Shown in pieces: positions 60,898 to 64,000 of a stretch of DNA of 64,000 nucleotides. The notes under the pieces were generated by a model. It made no database searches. It was not told where the DNA came from and saw nothing but the letters and a program-made list of their open reading frames with translations. Location of the stretch: the NCBI GenBank assembly GCA_965262115.1, contig OZ253496.1, positions 256,001 to 320,000 on the forward strand, written 5' to 3'. A program made the translations under genes and the position numbers. Source of the DNA: Nitrospinales bacterium (GTDB taxonomy: Bacteria > Nitrospinota > Nitrospinia > Nitrospinales > VA-1). How positions within the stretch are numbered: position 1 is the first letter of the stretch; each line of letters starts with the position of its first letter.

Positions 60898-62142
60898 ATG
60901 AAAATTGACATAATCATTATTGGCGTTATTGCCGGGTTAAGTGGTCTGTTCGCCCTATACAGCACTTTTGGGATTATAGGGGCCGGTGCCGGGTTCGCAG
61001 TGATGGTGACTTATGCTCTGCTTCTCAAGGTCAAACCCAAAAAAATGGAAGAGAAAACACTTTTCCAGAATATCCGGTTTAAGATTCCTGTCATCGCAGT
61101 ATTAGCAGGAAGCATTTGGGTCTTGGCAGGCAAATTCAATTTTCCCGTCTGGTGGCAGATAGAGTTTGTTGCCTTCGCCTTTGTGGGTTTCTTTTTCTTC
61201 ACGCTCCTGGACTGGAAAACTCTCAAGCTGGAAAAATCGCATTTTGACTGGATCAAACGGATGCTGGCTACCTACGCCCTTGCCTCCGGTATATTTATCG
61301 GAGTGACAGCGCAACTACCCCAATTTGATCCGGAAATTGAACTTGCAAAACTCAACAAGCCTCCCGTTAAATTAGCAGGACTAGCGGGGCCCGAGGTTAT
61401 CGCCGCGGGACGCGAAGTGTTCGAAAATAATAAATGCTTCAACTGTCATAAAGTATTCTGGGAAGGCAACTCAGATCGTGGCCCCAACCTGGGTACCAAA
61501 CAGATCGGCCTTTATACCGAGGATTATATTAAAGATCAGATCCTCAACCCTCGAAGAAACCAATCTCCAGGTTTTGAGGACCCCAAATCCAAAAAAGCCA
61601 TGCCGACTTATTATGGAGATGACTTGAGTGAAGACGAGTTGTCCGCCCTGATCTCTTTTTTAAAAACCCTGCGGGACCCGACCCATATGCCGGTTGAAGG
61701 CAAATTCCCCAATCAATGGACCTGGTGGGACGATAAAAATGCCATTGCCGAGGGTAAGATGGTGTTCGAAGGGACCCACCCGGAAACAGAAGGGCTCCTC
61801 TGCGCTGTTTGTCACGGCAAGGATGGCATCCCCATGATGACCGGAGCTCTCGATTTCAGAAATGAAAATAGTCCTGATACCACAAAAACGGATAAGCTTT
61901 TAAAAGACTGGCCGGATGCCCTTTGGTATCGCCGGGTTACCCGTGGTATTCCGGAAACACCCATGGCTGCTTGGGGTATGATTTTCCCACATCTTTATCT
62001 TTGGAAGGCTGAGGCCTATGCCCGGACATTCCACGATCCTCTGGACAAACGCACCGCCAAACGGCCTGTGCCTCCCGTTCCTACCAAAGAAGAAATCGAA
62101 AGCTGGAAAACCAAAGGACTGTTCCTCGACCCATTGCTCTAA
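60898..62142 (+). CDS. Membrane-anchored diheme cytochrome c
   Basis: N-terminal TM helices; CFNCH and CAVCH; MP/PM distal Met candidates. Confidence 0.9.
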   Translation: MKIDIIIIGVIAGLSGLFALYSTFGIIGAGAGFAVMVTYALLLKVKPKKMEEKTLFQNIRFKIPVIAVLAGSIWVLAGKFNFPVWWQIEFVAFAFVGFFFFTLLDWKTLKLEKSHFDWIKRMLATYALASGIFIGVTAQLPQFDPEIELAKLNKPPVKLAGLAGPEVIAAGREVFENNKCFNCHKVFWEGNSDRGPNLGTKQIGLYTEDYIKDQILNPRRNQSPGFEDPKSKKAMPTYYGDDLSEDELSALISFLKTLRDPTHMPVEGKFPNQWTWWDDKNAIAEGKMVFEGTHPETEGLLCAVCHGKDGIPMMTGALDFRNENSPDTTKTDKLLKDWPDALWYRRVTRGIPETPMAAWGMIFPHLYLWKAEAYARTFHDPLDKRTAKRPVPPVPTKEEIESWKTKGLFLDPLL

Positions 62143-62156
62143 AAAAATTTAAAATC

Positions 62157-62195
62157 ATAAAGCCGATCTCGTTTGATGAGGTCGGCTTTATTTTT
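62157..62195 (+). terminator. Intrinsic terminator
   Basis: ATAAAGCCGATCTC/GAGGTCGGCTTTAT stem followed by a T tract. Confidence 0.85.
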
Positions 62196-62270
62196 GCCTA
62201 TTCGACAAACCCATTACAGGTTTGCTAGAATAACTGTATTGTTACAGTTCGTGATTCTTTGGAGATCGCA

Positions 62271-62750
62271 ATGAGTAAAATTGATGACTTGATAAAAGAA
62301 AACCTGCTGGAAAATGGAACCATCCTTCTTCTTCGTGATAAATACATAGGCATCCGTGGTTGCATGGAGCTTGCCACGAAAGAAGTATTAAAAAGCGTGA
62401 AACAGCTTATTGTTCCAGGAAACCAGATTTTGGATGAAGGCTTGGAGGCTCTTGCTGAATCCCCACATTTGGAAAACTTGGAACTTCTTAACATCAATCA
62501 CAATGATATTGGGGACTATGGAGCGATCGCTCTGGCAAACTCGGAAAATTTACCCAAATTGAAGATAGTCACTATGTTCGGCAATGTGGTAGGAGATACA
62601 GGAGCTCAGGCTTTTGCTAATTCGCCTCAGAGCAAGAAATACGTCAAACTGGATCTCTTTAAAAACCAGTATACCGAGATCGGCTATAAAGCCCTCACCG
62701 AATCAGAGAACCTGAAAAACTGTGAAGAGCTGGAAGTCTATCGGGATTAA
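62271..62750 (+). CDS. Leucine-rich repeat protein
   Basis: N.I.D.GA.ALA.S..L..L repeats; GGAG RBS. Confidence 0.88.
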   Translation: MSKIDDLIKENLLENGTILLLRDKYIGIRGCMELATKEVLKSVKQLIVPGNQILDEGLEALAESPHLENLELLNINHNDIGDYGAIALANSENLPKLKIVTMFGNVVGDTGAQAFANSPQSKKYVKLDLFKNQYTEIGYKALTESENLKNCEELEVYRD

Positions 62751-62757
62751 CCCGGCT

Positions 62758-63042
62758 TCAGCCCTTATCACTCCATTGTGTGGTATCAAAGGTCTTGACC
62801 TGCAGCGCATGGATGAGTTTTGGAGTCCCTGTCATTTCATGATCGAGTGCTTTGTGGACCAGCCTGACTCGTTCCATGACATTGAGGTTTTCGAATTGGG
62901 GTGAAACAACAACGATGGAATAATGACCCCCGCCTCCGGCGGCTTTATGGCCGCGATGAAGGTGGCTCTCATCGATGATCTCCACATGTTCGGCAGAGAT
63001 TCTTTCTTTAAGGTTATTATTGATAATTTCAGTGGTATCCAT
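62758..63042 (-). CDS. bolA: BolA family protein
   Basis: DESHLHRGH, HYSIVVVS..F, R.RLVH, IHALQ. Confidence 0.92.
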   Translation of the reverse strand: MDTTEIINNNLKERISAEHVEIIDESHLHRGHKAAGGGGHYSIVVVSPQFENLNVMERVRLVHKALDHEMTGTPKLIHALQVKTFDTTQWSDKG

Positions 63043-63074
63043 ATAATTTTAAAGTCTTTTTTAGGTTATTGGTA

Positions 63075-63290
63075 TTATTCATGGGGCTTGGAGCGCAGTC
63101 CCGCATCCGGGAAGTCTTTAAACTTGTTGAGGTTATCCTGGAATTTCTGAAAAGCCTCGTGTTCCTTTTCGTCCATCATTTTTGCCCGGCAGCGGGCACA
63201 AACTGGTATTTTATCGGAGTCATAATTGCGAATCCTGTTTTTGACTCCGCATTGCGGACAAGGTATGATGGCTAAACCGGGATCAGTCAT
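63075..63290 (-). CDS. Zinc-ribbon protein (TrxC N-terminal-like)
   Basis: CPQCGVKNR...PVCARC. Confidence 0.75.
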   Translation of the reverse strand: MTDPGLAIIPCPQCGVKNRIRNYDSDKIPVCARCRAKMMDEKEHEAFQKFQDNLNKFKDFPDAGLRSKPHE

Positions 63291-63349
63291 GATTCATCAT
63301 AACAAACCCGCATCGAAAATAAAAAGAGTACTTACAATCTTTCTTTAAT

Positions 63350-63619
63350 ATGTTTTTCTTCCAACAAATCGGTCCCAGCCAGAAAATACCCTTCACGACC
63401 AAGTTGGCCATGGTTTTCTGGATCATCCTGAGTTTGGCCCTGTTATCCTTTTTTGCATTCAGCATTTTTATAATCGCCTTGATGGTGGGTCTGGTTTTAT
63501 TCACCACCAGCCTGTTCCAGAAGAAAAAGCAGCCGGGTTCCATCCCCAATGCCGATTTCCAAACCAGGCCCTACTCTGCACCCCGGCATACCAAAGACGA
63601 CGACGTCATAGACATTTAG
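63350..63619 (+). CDS. Small membrane protein
   Basis: Long hydrophobic segment, C-terminal DDDVIDI. Confidence 0.7.
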   Translation: MFFFQQIGPSQKIPFTTKLAMVFWIILSLALLSFFAFSIFIIALMVGLVLFTTSLFQKKKQPGSIPNADFQTRPYSAPRHTKDDDVIDI

Positions 63620-63715
63620 CAGAGTACCTCTGCCTGTAGATTGCAATGGCTCTCACTACAAACAACAGTATTCTCGGCTCAACCAGCTCTTACTGGCTAT
63701 CCCCACGCTCAGTGG
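63619..63715 (-). repeat. Degenerate mosaic repeat copy
   Basis: GCAATGGCTC, reverse complement of TTGAGCCGAGAATACT, CCACGCTCAGTGG. Confidence 0.55.
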
Positions 63716-64000
63716 ATTTTCGAGGTCTTTTGTATATATGTGTGGCTTCGCCGTAAAACGCCTCAGCGGTTTCCATGATGGTTTCAGAAAGTGTCGGATG
63801 CGGGTGAATGGAGTGCGCCAGGTCTTTAGCGTTTAAGTCATTGTCGATGGCCAAAACACCTTCCCCGATCAACTCTCCGGCTCCAACCCCGGATATTCCC
63901 ATTCCCAGAACCTGCTCCGTATCCGGATCAAGAATCAGTTTGGTCACGCCATCCGGCCGACCCAGTGTCTGGGCTCTTCCTGACGCCCACCATGGGAATT
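63690..64000 (-). CDS. lpdA: Dihydrolipoyl dehydrogenase, 5' part off window
   Basis: FPWAASGRA...[16 protein letters not shown]. Confidence 0.9.
   Translation of the reverse strand, partial: FPWWASGRAQTLGRPDGVTKLILDPDTEQVLGMGISGVGAGELIGEGVLAIDNDLNAKDLAHSIHPHPTLSETIMETAEAFYGEATHIYKRPRKSTERGDSQ

Overview
Core-chromosome segment of a bacterium whose gene content (bd-like oxidase subunit with a diheme cytochrome c partner, cytochrome c-FTR1 fusion, yceD-rpmF-plsX-fab-rnc cluster, thrH, M32 peptidase) suggests Nitrospinota/Nitrospinaceae. That assignment is an inference and no database search was run. Most genes are intact housekeeping genes (coaE, murJ, fab cluster, rnc, xerD, typA, fbp, hisS, fur, acs, rdgB, rlmN, lpd). 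Flagellar (fliL, flhB-like), c-di-GMP (HD-GYP), mgtE, TPR and small membrane genes are decaying. Two things stand out. (1) A nested set of small mobile repeats: three copies of a 168-209 bp MITE (15-bp TIR, 9-bp TSD ending AAG); seven copies of a 39-41 bp hairpin unit (TACCCCTNCGGGGCA-N17-19-TATCACN) that appears to insert without target duplication into other palindromic repeats; and a mosaic ~60 bp intergenic repeat plus a CCAC-N5-GTGG motif. (2) A Fur-boxed iron-uptake operon in which a cytochrome c-FTR1 permease and an ORF abutting a PepSY-TM/beta-propeller gene share a gaplessly aligned His6-Cys helical domain that I do not recognise. No rRNA, tRNA, CRISPR array or transposase was seen.
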